Translations under genes and position numbers: made by a program | The notes under the pieces: generated by a model | What the model saw: the letters and a program-made list of their open reading frames with translations, nothing else | Databases searched by the model: none | What the model was told of the DNA's origin: nothing | Shown: one piece after another, positions 22,184 through 31,863 of the stretch | How positions within the stretch are numbered: the stretch's first letter is position 1 | Layout of the letters: every line of letters begins with the position of its first letter | From: an uncultured bacterium | Lineage (GTDB): Bacteria > Patescibacteriota > Minisyncoccia > UBA6257 > 2-01-FULL-56-20 | Reading direction: 5' to 3' | Assembly (NCBI GenBank): GCA_963705915.1 | Contig: OY970126.1 | Location: 515,552-579,551, forward strand | DNA length: 64,000 nt

Positions 22184-22298
22184 GTCGGCACATCCTACGT
22201 TCCCCATCGTCGAAACAATGAGTATCATCGGATTGGAGCGCTTTCACTTCTCTGTTCGGAATGGGAAGAGGTGGGACACGCCCGAATAAAGCACCGAC
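22184..22298 (-). rRNA. rrf: 5S ribosomal RNA
   Basis: Reverse complement reads ...GTGTCCCACCTCTTCCCATTCCGAACAGAGAAGTGAAAGCGC...GATGGGGAACGTAGG..., matching the 5S loop B/C consensus. Terminal helix is gtcggtgc/gtgccgac. Confidence 0.8.
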
Positions 22299-22333
22299 AT
22301 CAAAAGGTCGTTTTTTGTTGTAGAGAAAACAGC

Positions 22334-22440
22334 ATTTGTGTTTGTGGTTTGGAGGGTGTCACGGAGGCACGAAGGTGCCGAGTGTCAGCGGTCGCGCCAG
22401 CAGGCGCGAACCGCGACCCTACAAATCACAAACACAAATG
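22334..22440. repeat. Hairpin-flanked structured element, copy C, in the 23S-5S internal transcribed spacer (14-bp closing IR catttgtgtttgtg/cacaaacacaaatg)
   Basis: Core cggag-[ggcac gaag gtgcc]-gag-tgtc-[gcggt cgcgcc agca ggcgcg a accgc]. Base pairs covary relative to copy B: cgcgcg/cgcgcg in B versus cgcgcc/ggcgcg here, and ggccgc/gcggcc versus ggcac/gtgcc. Confidence 0.65.
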
Positions 22441-22569
22441 CGTAAGTCAGCATTGGGATGGTTGGCGGGATTATTAGTATCACTTGGCTTAACGCATTGC
22501 TGCGCTTACACCTATGACCTATCAACGTCGTAGTCTTCGACGAAATCACGCACACCTAATCTTGGGGTG

Positions 22570-22602
<33 letters not shown>

Positions 22603-22691
22603 CTTCCATACATAGCTACTCGGCAATTCACCTGGTGGCAAAGCCGATAGACCAGAGGTATGTTCAGTCCAGTCCTCTCGTCGATTACTCA

Positions 22692-23463
22692 CATATTACT
22701 ATGTGCTCAGACTATATCTTCATCCTTCCGCAAAGCGGTGTCGGACGTCGGCATATTATAGCGATTCAAAAACCGCTATCCGGTCATTCGGTATAGAACC
22801 GAAGACACAAGTCGTTACGGGGTCAAACCAAAAATCGTTTTTAATTCTTCTTTGGATCTTTTCTTTCTTGTAGCATAATTTTCGGATTGAACAATCAATA
22901 TATTATCTATTAATTGTTCTTTGACTGGCGACAAGTCGCAGCCAGCAGACAAAAGTAGTCGAGCTGAACTTATAATAGCTTGTGCCTGTTTCTTTTTAAA
23001 TTTAAGAAATGGCAACAAACTTTCTAAAATGTTCATCACCCGTTTGTGTCCGTTGATTCGCAGCTCCGTCATCCCATCATTTCTCCGATAAATGTATCCT
23101 ATGCCCAAGACTGTCCTGATCCAATGGAGCGGTTGGTCATGCCGGGAATCCTGATAAAAACAGATGGTCAGCATGACCCTTCGTGTTTTTAATCGAGATT
23201 CTGAACGCCGCTTGAGTTGTATCATCAAGCTACCATCTCCGTCCAAGAATCCAGCGATATACGCTAGATCGATTTGAGATTGACTTCCCACGGTATTGCC
23301 CTGTTCTTGTACCATATCTCAATGGTAAGGAATGAGGACCGTAATTCAAGCTGCCTTTAATAAATTTTTAATAAAAATATTAAGGACGCCGAAGTAAGAA
23401 TAGGGTTTCACCGTTATTAGCCGAGTTGGCAATCTGGATTACTCCAGAAAGTAGCAATTTCTT
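22692..23463 (-). mobile_element. Intron (presumed group I) in 23S rRNA at the sarcin-ricin loop region, carrying a LAGLIDADG homing endonuclease ORF
   Basis: Exon sequences GGTCTTAGT | ACGAGAGGACTGG rejoin to the universally conserved AGUACGAGAGGACC. The 772-nt insert ends in G and begins after U. About 270 nt of non-ORF sequence remains for a ribozyme core. Confidence 0.6.
22815..23315 (-). CDS. LAGLIDADG-family homing endonuclease (intron-encoded)
   Basis: LAYIAGFLDGDGSLMIQLK motif. 166 aa, single-motif type. Lies entirely within the 23S insertion. Confidence 0.85.
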   Translation of the reverse strand: MVQEQGNTVGSQSQIDLAYIAGFLDGDGSLMIQLKRRSESRLKTRRVMLTICFYQDSRHDQPLHWIRTVLGIGYIYRRNDGMTELRINGHKRVMNILESLLPFLKFKKKQAQAIISSARLLLSAGCDLSPVKEQLIDNILIVQSENYATRKKRSKEELKTIFGLTP

Positions 23464-23503
23464 ACTAAGACCAACTCCCCTCAAGTGTTAAACGCCTGCA
23501 GCA

Positions 23504-23544
<41 letters not shown>

Positions 23545-24428
23545 ACGTGCCACTTTAATTGGCGAACAGCCAAACGCTTGGGAGCTTCTCCACCCCCGCG
23601 CTGTGGCGAGCCGACATCGAGGTGCCGAGCATTGTCGTCGCTAGGGACGCTCGGACAATACTAGCCTGTTATCCCCGGAGTAGCTTTTATCCGGTGTCTC
23701 CGGCCTTTCTATCAAGAATTTAATGAATCGTAAGAAACAATAAATATAGCCGTCGGGTCACTAACTTCTGCTTTCGCACCTGCTCGACTTGTAGGTCTCG
23801 CAGTCAAGCCAGCTTTTGCGTTTGCACGTCCTGCCCGATTTCCATCCGGGCTAAGCTGACCTTAATAAACTCCTCCGTTACTCTTTTGGAGGAAAACGCC
23901 CCATTTAAACTGCCTACCAAGCACTGTCTCAGTTGGGTTTCCTCTAGGGTCCCCAACCGGTTAGACGTTAAAGTTCTAAAAATGGCTGTTTCATTGTCGG
24001 ATCCACACAACCCGAGAGCTGTGCTTCAAATCCTCACCACTACGCTACGTAGTAGAACTCTAAAATCAATACCAAGCTGCAGTAAAGCTTCCGGGGTCTT
24101 TTCGTCCCGCTGCAGGTATCCCGCGTCTTCACGGGAATCGCATTTTCACCGAGCTTGCCTCTGAGACAGTTCTCCGGTCGTTACGCCTTTCGTGCGCTTC
24201 GGAACTTACCCGAAAAGGAATTGCGCTACCTTAGAACGATTATAGTTATCGCTGACATTGACGAGGGCTTGAGTCAGTGAGCCTCCGTATTGCTACGGCA
24301 CCCCCAACCTTGACCTTCTCGCATCGGTCAGGCGTCACCCCCTATACATCCTCTTGCGAGTTAGCAGGGAGCTGTGTTTTTGGTAAACAGTCGCCAGAGA
24401 GACTTTTGTTGCAGCCCAACACCACTTT

Positions 24429-24737
24429 GATTTCAAGATTAAAGAAAGCTGTTTTTGATCCTTTTATAAAGCTCTTGCTTAGCTCTACCATGACTTTTTA
24501 ATCGTTGTTCTCTGCGAAGAGCGTCCTCAAAACTTCGATACGCTTCAATGTAAACAAATTTCCATTCGCCTACACTTCGTTTAGTAGCAGTTTGAAGACC
24601 ACGATTATGCTCAGATAATCTACGTCGAAGATTTTTTGTATGTCCGATGTAGAACTCTTTTGTCACAGTATTTTGGATGAAGTAAACAGCAAACATTTGC
24701 TCATTTTAATCCTATGCGGATTAAAAATATCTTAAAA
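24429..24737 (-). mobile_element. Compact 309-nt insertion in a 23S variable helix carrying a GIY-YIG ORF (IVS-like or degenerate intron)
   Basis: Flanked by an about 15-bp complementary pair, gcccagcaccactttg and caaagtggtgttgggc. The non-ORF part is only about 50 nt, which is too short for a group I core. Confidence 0.5.
24439..24696 (-). CDS. GIY-YIG nuclease-domain protein (85 aa)
   Basis: VYFIQNTVTKEFYIGHTKNLRRRLSEHN matches the GIY-YIG core (GIY...YIG, R, E, N). Confidence 0.7.
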   Translation of the reverse strand: MFAVYFIQNTVTKEFYIGHTKNLRRRLSEHNRGLQTATKRSVGEWKFVYIEAYRSFEDALRREQRLKSHGRAKQELYKRIKNSFL

Positions 24738-25987
24738 GCAAAGTGGTGCTGGGCAGGCCTTATCGCTAACTTACGGCCGCTTTTTTGCCTAGTTCCTTAG
24801 AGGCAAATCACTCGTTCCCCTTGGGCTACTCGCCCTATCCACCAGTGTCGGTTTACGGTACGGTTCCCATGTTTCATAACAAACACGCTTTTCTCGAAGG
24901 GCTCTTCACGATCATTAGCCAGGTAAATTCCTGACCTTCCGCCTCCGGCCGCTTGAACTTGCCGGTAGCGATATCAAACCAATAAGACACGATCGCTTAT
25001 TTCCCTTGCACGTGCAGGATAAAAACATAGGAGGGCTGGAATATTAACCAGCATTCCATCGACTGCCCCTTTCGGGATTGCCTTAGGACCGCCTAACCCG
25101 TGGTTGATTGCCAGTGCCACGGAAACCTTAGATTTTCGGGGTTCCAATTTCTCATTGGGATTGTGGTTACTCGTTCCGACATTTTCTCTTCCGGACGCTC
25201 CAGTCGCCCTCGCGGGTCGACCTTCACTGCAACCGGAATGCTCTCCTACCAGACGTGTCTCCCGAAGGAAACACGAATTCGTATCTTCGGTGCCGTGCTT
25301 GAGCCCCGATACATTTTCGGCGCCACCACCCGTCGAATAGTGAGTTGTTACACACTCTTTAAAGGATGGCTACCTCTAAGCCAACCTCCTATCTGTCTAT
25401 GGGTGATAACTACCTTTAACACTGAGCACGGACTTGGGGACCTTAGATGACGATCTGGGCTCTTCCCCTCGCGACCATGGAGCTTAGCCCCCACAGTCTG
25501 ACTAGTGAGTTTTTGACTCTCGGTATTCGGAGTTTGATTGATCTGTCGGCCTTTCGGCCTTTACAGATCATCCAGTGCTCTACCCCCAAGAGGAACACTC
25601 ACCGCTAGTCCTAAAACTATTTCGGAGAGAACCAGCTATTACGTAATTCGATTAGCTTTTCACTCCTTACCTCAGCTCATCCGAAGATTTTGAACAATCA
25701 ACCGGTTCGGGCCTCCCTCTCGATTTCTCGAGAGTTCACCCTGGCCAAGGTAAGCTCATCACGCTTCGGGTCTAGACTGTGCCGCCTATAGTTCGCCCTA
25801 TTAAGACTCGCTTTCGCTGCGCCTTCGCGCTATTCGCGCTTAGACAAGCGACACAATATAAGTCGTCGGATCATTCTTCAATAGGCACATTGTCGTTCTC
25901 GTCCGCGGATTGCTCCGCAGCCGTTCGAACTTCAATTCCTTGTAGACAAATGGTTTCAGGTTCTATTTCAACGGCCTCACCGGCCTG

Positions 25988-26024
<37 letters not shown>

Positions 26025-26998
26025 ATCTAGAAAAGTATTTAGCCTTACCAGATAGTACTGGCAAATTCCTTCGAAACTGTTTTACTTCGAAGTACTCAAG
26101 TAGGTAAACTAAGGAGACCAAAAGTTTTCGTCTACGGGGCTATCACCCGCTATGGCACTGGCTTTCCAGCCAGCTTCGACTAACTCATGATTTTTTGACT
26201 CCTCCACCAACCTCATAAATAACACAAGGTACATTGCTATACCCTATGTTATTTAGGAGGAGAGCGTTCATCACTTATAACTCCAAGGTTTGACCTTGCG
26301 ATCAGAACCTTAGTCTGGGCTCTTCCCTTTTCTCTCGCCGATACTCAGGGAATAAACTGTTTGTTCTTTGTTCCTCCGGCTACTGAAATGTTTTACTTCG
26401 CCGGGTACGCTCTTGGATTGCTCCAAGCCATTGAGGTTTACTCAACGAGGTTCCCCCATTCGGAAATTCCCGGATCACAGGTTGCTACGCACCTCCCCGA
26501 GACATATCGCTGCTACGCCGCGTCCTTCATCGCCTTTTCTAGTCTAGGCATCCACCATTCGCCCTTAATGCCAACCATCCCAATGCTGACTTAAATTTAT
26601 TTGCTCTGCCTGCCAAGAGAAATTGCGCGCGTGAAAAGTGCAAAACATCAAGCGCGTGCCTGGTCTCTCTATAATATAGAGCGGCTCCAGACATAAGATG
26701 GCGCAGAGCTACATATAATGACTCCGACTCTACAATTCGGAGTTCGTTCATGGACTATCGAACGAATTATGGAAAATTGCGTTCGACAGGATACCTAAGA
26801 AAAAAATCAGCCGCACATCGCGGCCGCTCTGCCATCATAAAATGGCGGGTTCAGCCGCTTGCTTTGAGAAGATTTTTATTCGTAAGCATCTGTCTTAGGG
26901 ATAAGTATACTCAGCTTGAAAAGGGTGTCAAGCATGATGGAAACAGATCAAAAGTTTCAAAAATAAAACCGCCTGGCGACATTGCTTGTAAAGCTTCG

Positions 26999-27358
26999 CT
27001 AGGCGGTTGGCTCCTGATCAAACAGGAGGAATCGGGGACCGGTTTTGGGCTTTTTGAGGTTGAGCGCTCCTGGGACTTCGTCTGATGGCTCGAGGAGCGC
27101 GTCGATCTCTGCGTCGGTCACGTATGCATCGACGCCAAATGAATGTGGCTGTAGGCGGACGAGCTTCTGAAAGCACGTACAGCACCTGAACAATCCACAA
27201 ACTAGGATCTTATCTTCGTTCGCGCTCATCGTCCGATTGCAAGCGGTGCAAACAAGTTCGAACTCGACTTTCGTCTTCGCTCCGTTATCATCAGGAATAA
27301 CGACTCTCGCGAGATCAAGATACGATCGCAAGACAATTTTCTTGTCGGCCACGGGCAT
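26999..27358 (-). CDS. Cys-rich zinc-ribbon hypothetical protein (119 aa)
   Basis: Strong SD: GGAGG lies 7 nt upstream of the ATG on the minus strand. CTAC...CGLFRCCTC cysteine clusters. Confidence 0.55.
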   Translation of the reverse strand: MPVADKKIVLRSYLDLARVVIPDDNGAKTKVEFELVCTACNRTMSANEDKILVCGLFRCCTCFQKLVRLQPHSFGVDAYVTDAEIDALLEPSDEVPGALNLKKPKTGPRFLLFDQEPTA

Positions 27359-27453
27359 GTGATTGTCCTCCTTTCTTTTGTGAAGTTACTAACGAGCCTC
27401 GTGGCTCATCGCTATTATTACAGAAAAAATAAAAAAGTCAATCATGGCAATGT

Positions 27454-27482
27454 TTGAAATTTTTCTTAAAACAAGGTTAAAT
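27454..27482 (+). promoter_or_regulatory. Sigma70-like promoter for tRNA-Pro (TTGAAA, 17 nt spacer, TTAAAT)
   Basis: The -35 and -10 hexamers have ideal spacing. The -10 ends about 13 nt before the tRNA 5' end. Confidence 0.5.
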
Positions 27483-27495
27483 ACCTTGGTATCTA

Positions 27496-27566
27496 CGGGC
27501 CGTAGTATACCGGTAGTACGTGCGCTTCGGGTGCGTAAAGACTGGGTTCGATTCCCAGCGGCCCGA
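27496..27566 (+). tRNA. tRNA-Pro (anticodon CGG), CCA not encoded
   Basis: Manual fold: acceptor CGGGCCG/CGGCCCG, D-stem GTAT/GTAC, anticodon stem TGCGC/GCGTA with loop TTCGGGT (CGG, G37), T-arm CTGGG-TTCGATT-CCCAG, discriminator A. Confidence 0.65.
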
Positions 27567-27568
27567 CT

Positions 27569-27688
27569 CACAAAAACAAAGCATGGCATTATGAGGTACG
27601 CAGTCTCGCGCTACTGCGCGAGCTGCTCCGCTCTCGATCGCCTACGCGATCTCCGAGAGCCCTCATAATGCCATGCTTTGTTTTTGTG
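27569..27688. repeat. Hairpin-flanked structured element, copy D, immediately 3' of tRNA-Pro (28-bp perfect closing IR), in the reverse-complement orientation of the core
   Basis: cacaaaaacaaagcatggcattatgagg ... cctcataatgccatgctttgtttttgtg. Inside: gcag-t-ctcgcgc-tact-gcgcgag-ctgc (bulged T, TACT loop), then ctc-[gatcgc ctac gcgatc]-tccgag. This is the mirror of the A/B/C core. Confidence 0.6.
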
Positions 27689-27699
27689 CCTATTCCTTT

Positions 27700-29163
27700 C
27701 TACACGTGGAATTTTTTCTTAATCTCGTTTTCGGCTTCTTCTTTAAATTCGTCTTTGGTTTCTCGCGCCCGGTCGGCGAGCTTTTTGAGGTCGTTATCGT
27801 TCATCTTGTGCAACGCCTTCATACGTTTCAAGAGGTATGCGCGATCGTTTTTTTCTGGATCCTCCAAAACTTCTTCAAGCAGCGCAACGATGATCCATCC
27901 AACGCGCATGCCTTCCGGAAGACCGAGCTCTTTCATCACGTCGTCGCCGTTCACCTTGAGCATCTTAGGCGAAATCGGATCGTCCTTTACCTTCTCAATC
28001 ATAAAGAGCAAATGACGCAACTTGTAAGGCACGGCTTTCTTGACGCCCGAACCGATCCGGTCGGCTTCACGAACTTTTAATAAATCGGGAACGGTTTCCG
28101 GGCCAACGCGCGCAAGAAATCGCCGCACGCCATGTGCCGTCACGTCGCCAACGTTGTAATAGAACATGTGCTGGCGCACGAGGTGCGTTACGTCTTCAAC
28201 AAACTCTCGTGAGAAGCGCAATCGATCGAGCGCTTTCGCCGCCATCTTTGCTCCGATGTATTCATGGTTGTAAAACGTTGACTTCGGACCCTCACCGGCT
28301 TTCGCGCGAGGCTTGCCGGCGTCGTGAAGCAATGCGGCCATCCGGACTTCGAGTGAATACCCTTCGCGGGCGGTGTAATCGAGTGCACGGATGTTGTGTT
28401 CGAAGACGGTATAAATATGATGGAGATTTTGTTCAACGCCGATCCCTTCGCGAAGTTCAGGCAAAACATACTGGAGAAGGCCCAGCTCTTCAAGAAGCAC
28501 GATCCCCTTTGCGGCGCGGGGGGTCATCACAATTTTCACGAGCTCTTCGCGGATGCGCTCTTTCGCGATCACTTCGAGTTCGCGCGAATACTTTTCAATC
28601 GCGCGACGGGTATTCAGTTCAATTTCAAAATCAAGTTCAACAGCAAATCGTACCGCGCGCATAAGCCTTAGAGCGTCTTCATGGAAACGGACTTCTGGAT
28701 CGCCGACAGTTCTGATGATTGCTTTCTTGAGATCTTTTTGCCCGCCGTGCGGATCGATGATTTCACCGCCCAAAGACATCGCCATCCCATTCACGGTAAA
28801 GTCCCGGCGGCTCAAGTCGTCTTCGATCGTGCGAGCAAACGTGACCTCGTCGGGATGGCGTTTGTCGGTGTATTTCCCCTCAATGCGATATGTCGTGACT
28901 TCGATCACTTTGAGCTTTGAATTTTCTGAGTCGGTTTTCACGCCGACCGTGCCGAAGGTATTTTCGTAAACGCTGTCAGGAAAAAGTTTGAGAATCTCCG
29001 GCGGCTTTGCGTTCGTCGCAATATCCCAGTCTTTTGGCTCGCGCCCCAACAAAAGATCGCGGACGCAGCCGCCAACAAGATAGGCTTCAAAACCGGCTTT
29101 TGCAAGCTTCGCTGCGATTTCTGAAACTTCAGCCGGAACCGTTTTGAGGTCCGATTTCATCAT
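27700..29163 (-). CDS. cca: CCA-adding tRNA nucleotidyltransferase with C-terminal HD domain
   Basis: YLVGGCVRDLLLGREPKDWDIATNAKP (pol-beta NTase head) and a downstream HD domain (LLHDAGK). Confidence 0.85.
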   Translation of the reverse strand: MMKSDLKTVPAEVSEIAAKLAKAGFEAYLVGGCVRDLLLGREPKDWDIATNAKPPEILKLFPDSVYENTFGTVGVKTDSENSKLKVIEVTTYRIEGKYTDKRHPDEVTFARTIEDDLSRRDFTVNGMAMSLGGEIIDPHGGQKDLKKAIIRTVGDPEVRFHEDALRLMRAVRFAVELDFEIELNTRRAIEKYSRELEVIAKERIREELVKIVMTPRAAKGIVLLEELGLLQYVLPELREGIGVEQNLHHIYTVFEHNIRALDYTAREGYSLEVRMAALLHDAGKPRAKAGEGPKSTFYNHEYIGAKMAAKALDRLRFSREFVEDVTHLVRQHMFYYNVGDVTAHGVRRFLARVGPETVPDLLKVREADRIGSGVKKAVPYKLRHLLFMIEKVKDDPISPKMLKVNGDDVMKELGLPEGMRVGWIIVALLEEVLEDPEKNDRAYLLKRMKALHKMNDNDLKKLADRARETKDEFKEEAENEIKKKFHV

Positions 29164-29186
29164 TACGTAATAACTATAACCTAAAA

Positions 29187-30357
29187 CTACCGCACGGTCG
29201 CACCGAATTCTTTGGCGGTCTCCTGTTCAATACTCTTGTGCAAGACGTCCACCTCGTCGTTCGTAAGCGTGCGATCACTTGAGCGATAGGTTATGCGATA
29301 GGCATAGCTTTTGTTCCCTGCACCAAACTTAGCATCGTTCTCATAGGAATCGATAAGCTCCACTTGTTCAACAAGATCTCCCGCGATATCGCGGACAAGA
29401 TCAAAATAATCGTTCGGGCTGAAGGTTTTCGGGACAATGAATGAGATGTCGCGCACCACGGGCGGATATTTGCTGACTTCCACAAACTTTTGCCCCATAT
29501 GAAGCTGGCGCTTCACGCGTTCATCGTCTGACCATAAGAGGCGAATGTCTGGCAACTCCATACTGATGATGGCAAGCCGTTCGAGGCCGAAACCAAACGC
29601 CCATGCGTTATATCCTTCGACGCCGAATTTTTTGAAAACGCTTTGCTTCGTCATGCCGCCGCCCAAAATTTCAACCCATTGGCCGTTCACTTTCACTTCC
29701 ACCTGAAGCGACGGATCGGTGTATGGGAACGTGTCATCCAAAAACCGATACTCGACATCGGCGCCGAACAATCCTTGTACAATCTCAATCAACGCATTCC
29801 GCAAATCATCGATCGTGAGCGGCATTGTGTCGGCTGGCGTCATGTACCATCCACCAAACTGATGAAAGATGTTCATGTGCTTGCGGTCAATCTCATCTTT
29901 ACGGTAGACCTTGCCGTAGCAGACAACGCCGAGCGGTTCTCGTCGCGCAAGACGTTCTTTTACCTCGGGGAGTTGCGTGTAGTAATACCACATGACCGTG
30001 TCATGCGTGCGAAGAATATTGTTATCATCTATATAATAGGTGTCCGACTTGCTCCGCGCGGGATGGTCGACCGGGAAATCGAAAAGATCAAAACTGATGT
30101 CTGCCGGGACAATTTCGGGAATAATGATGTCGTCGAAATTTTTGAGTGCCGAAACGCTTTTTGCCTTTTCGACGATTTCATGGAGCGGGCTCCCCGGCGT
30201 GCGCGAAAGGTCGGGCATCGCAAGATAGCGTTTGATCCGCTGCGCTTCAGCATCGGTGCGCGTATTAAGCAACGTCAAAATCTTTTTTTGCTCGTCCAAC
30301 GAGACGCGATATTCATGCGATTCCATAGAGAGTATTGTAGCGGTATCGATTGTCATT
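29187..30357 (-). CDS. pheS: Phenylalanine--tRNA ligase, monomeric mitochondrial-like type (alpha catalytic core fused to a C-terminal FDX anticodon-binding domain). The ORF track extends to 30512 but the likely start is MTIDTA at 30357.
   Basis: Class II core with FPYTDPS (PheS motif 2 region) and GFGLERLAI (motif 3). The C-terminal VVRDISFIVP...ELIDSYEND...KSYAYRITYRSSDRTLTNDEV resembles the FDX-ACB domain. An upstream extension would overlap the convergent pyrE. Confidence 0.8.
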
Positions 30358-30422
30358 TTCAAATTTTTGTGATATCCTCTGTGCGCAATGAACTTTGACA
30401 TCATGCAATAGAAGGAGGAACG

Positions 30423-31025
30423 ATGGACATGGATACTAAGCGAGTGCTTGAAATCCTTGAGTACATTGGTGCGCTCAAAGATGTTCACACCGAAACCCAT
30501 TCCAAAAGGCACGTACGACGCTATTTCGACAAGCGAGTGCTTTTCGCGGATACTTTCAACACCGGACGCATATCGACGGCGCTGGCGGATCTTTTTTTAA
30601 ACGATCCGGTCGATGTTGTATGCGGGCCACCGCAAGGCGGGATGATCCTCGCAGGACCTGTATCGGAACGCCTCAGGGAAAAATTTCGCAAGGAGATACC
30701 GGTCATCTCAATAGAAAAGAATGAAGACGGAACGCTCGTCGTATCGCAAGCTTCCCGCGAAGCCTTGACGGGCAAGACCGTTTTGATTGTCGAGGATACC
30801 GTGACGACCGGCGGAAGCGTACGAGAGGTCGTGCGCATTGCAAGAGCTTCCGGCGCAAAGAAAATCCTCGTCGGCGCCATACTCAATCGCGGCGACGTCC
30901 GAGCAAAGCAGCTCGACGCCGATCGCTTCAGATACCTTGCTTCCATGGTTCCAGAAGATTGGCTTCCTGAAAATTGTCCGCTTTGTAAAGCCGGCATTCC
31001 TCTTGAGCCGACACCCGGAAAATAG
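30423..31025 (+). CDS. pyrE: Phosphoribosyltransferase, orotate PRTase-like
   Basis: PRPP-binding motif VLIVEDTVTTGGS. About 200 aa, adjacent to an OMP decarboxylase gene. Confidence 0.65.
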   Translation: MDMDTKRVLEILEYIGALKDVHTETHSKRHVRRYFDKRVLFADTFNTGRISTALADLFLNDPVDVVCGPPQGGMILAGPVSERLREKFRKEIPVISIEKNEDGTLVVSQASREALTGKTVLIVEDTVTTGGSVREVVRIARASGAKKILVGAILNRGDVRAKQLDADRFRYLASMVPEDWLPENCPLCKAGIPLEPTPGK

Positions 31026-31027
31026 AA

Positions 31028-31057
31028 AGGCCGTCCTTATGGGACGGCCGTTTTTTG
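31028..31057. terminator. Bidirectional intrinsic terminator (ggccgtcc-ttat-gggacggcc, then TTTTTT)
   Basis: Perfect 8-bp hairpin between the convergent pyrE (+) and pyrF (-). Confidence 0.6.
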
Positions 31058-31771
31058 TGAACGGGCTTGGAGGCCTTCGGCGATATCTTCGAGAAACGCT
31101 CGTATGGCGCCGGGCCGGTTGTTGTTCTGGACTATCTGCCTTCCAACGATCACCCGATCGGCTCCGACTTCGATCGCTTCGCTCGCGGTCATCGACCACT
31201 CTGGGTTTTGGTCGTCGCTCTCAATATGATGCCAACGTGAGCGAATGTTTGGCGTGCAGATTTTGAAATCGAATCCACTTTTCCGCAAGAGAGGGACTGC
31301 TCGAGGCGGAGCGATGATCCCGTCTAGGCCCGCTTTTTTCGCAACGCCCGCAAGCCTGACGACCACTTCTTCGAATGGATCACGGTACACATCCTCGACA
31401 TCTTCCTTTGAGCTGCTCGTGAGTACCGTCACACCCAACACCATCGTGTCCGGGAGCTCACGCTTCAAGGCACGAAGAGCTGTCGGACCGGCAGAGCATG
31501 CAGCGGTGACAACGGCAGGGTTAACACCTCGGAGGTGGGCGCCGTCGCTCTTCAGCGTTTGAAGCGTGCCGAATAATTTTACGTCGGCAAAAACCCTTAG
31601 GCTGAATGTTCTTTGCAGATGTTCAATCAGGCCATAACCAGGGTCCCTCGCAAATCCTTCGATCTTCAGAAGGACCTTCCTGTTCTTCAAAAACTCTGCG
31701 ACGGCGAAAAGGTCATCCAACGATGTATCAACAGCGACGATCAAACGTTCTTCAATGCTTGCCTCTTCCAT
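31037..31771 (-). CDS. pyrF: Orotidine 5'-phosphate decarboxylase
   Basis: LIVAVD near the N-terminus, FADVKLFGTLQT (the DxKxxD-like region) and a C-terminal VGRQIV. Paired with the PRTase gene. Confidence 0.7.
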   Translation of the reverse strand: MEEASIEERLIVAVDTSLDDLFAVAEFLKNRKVLLKIEGFARDPGYGLIEHLQRTFSLRVFADVKLFGTLQTLKSDGAHLRGVNPAVVTAACSAGPTALRALKRELPDTMVLGVTVLTSSSKEDVEDVYRDPFEEVVVRLAGVAKKAGLDGIIAPPRAVPLLRKSGFDFKICTPNIRSRWHHIESDDQNPEWSMTASEAIEVGADRVIVGRQIVQNNNRPGAIRAFLEDIAEGLQARSQKTAVP

Positions 31772-31863
31772 GTGACCTCCAAATCAAGTATCAAAAAGTA
31801 ATAGAACTTCTCACTTTATATATCATTTTCTCTTATGAGTAAAGAAGCTCTTTTATTATGGTG

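Noticed and set aside
26750-27085. 111-aa basic plus-strand ORF upstream of the 23S
   Set aside because: It lies in the probable rRNA leader/promoter region, has a very basic low-complexity product, and overlaps the better-supported minus-strand gene 26999..27358. It is likely not coding.
27444-27668. 74-aa plus-strand ORF
   Set aside because: It overlaps the promoter, tRNA-Pro and hairpin element D. It is explained by those features.
28134-28969. Plus-strand ORFs of 80-176 aa inside cca
   Set aside because: They are antisense to a well-supported gene, and their products are Arg-rich and low complexity.
29187-30512. Full-length 441-aa version of pheS starting at 30512
   Set aside because: The extension would overlap the convergent pyrE gene by 90 nt and adds a non-conserved Cys/His-rich leader. 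The internal start at 30357 is preferred.
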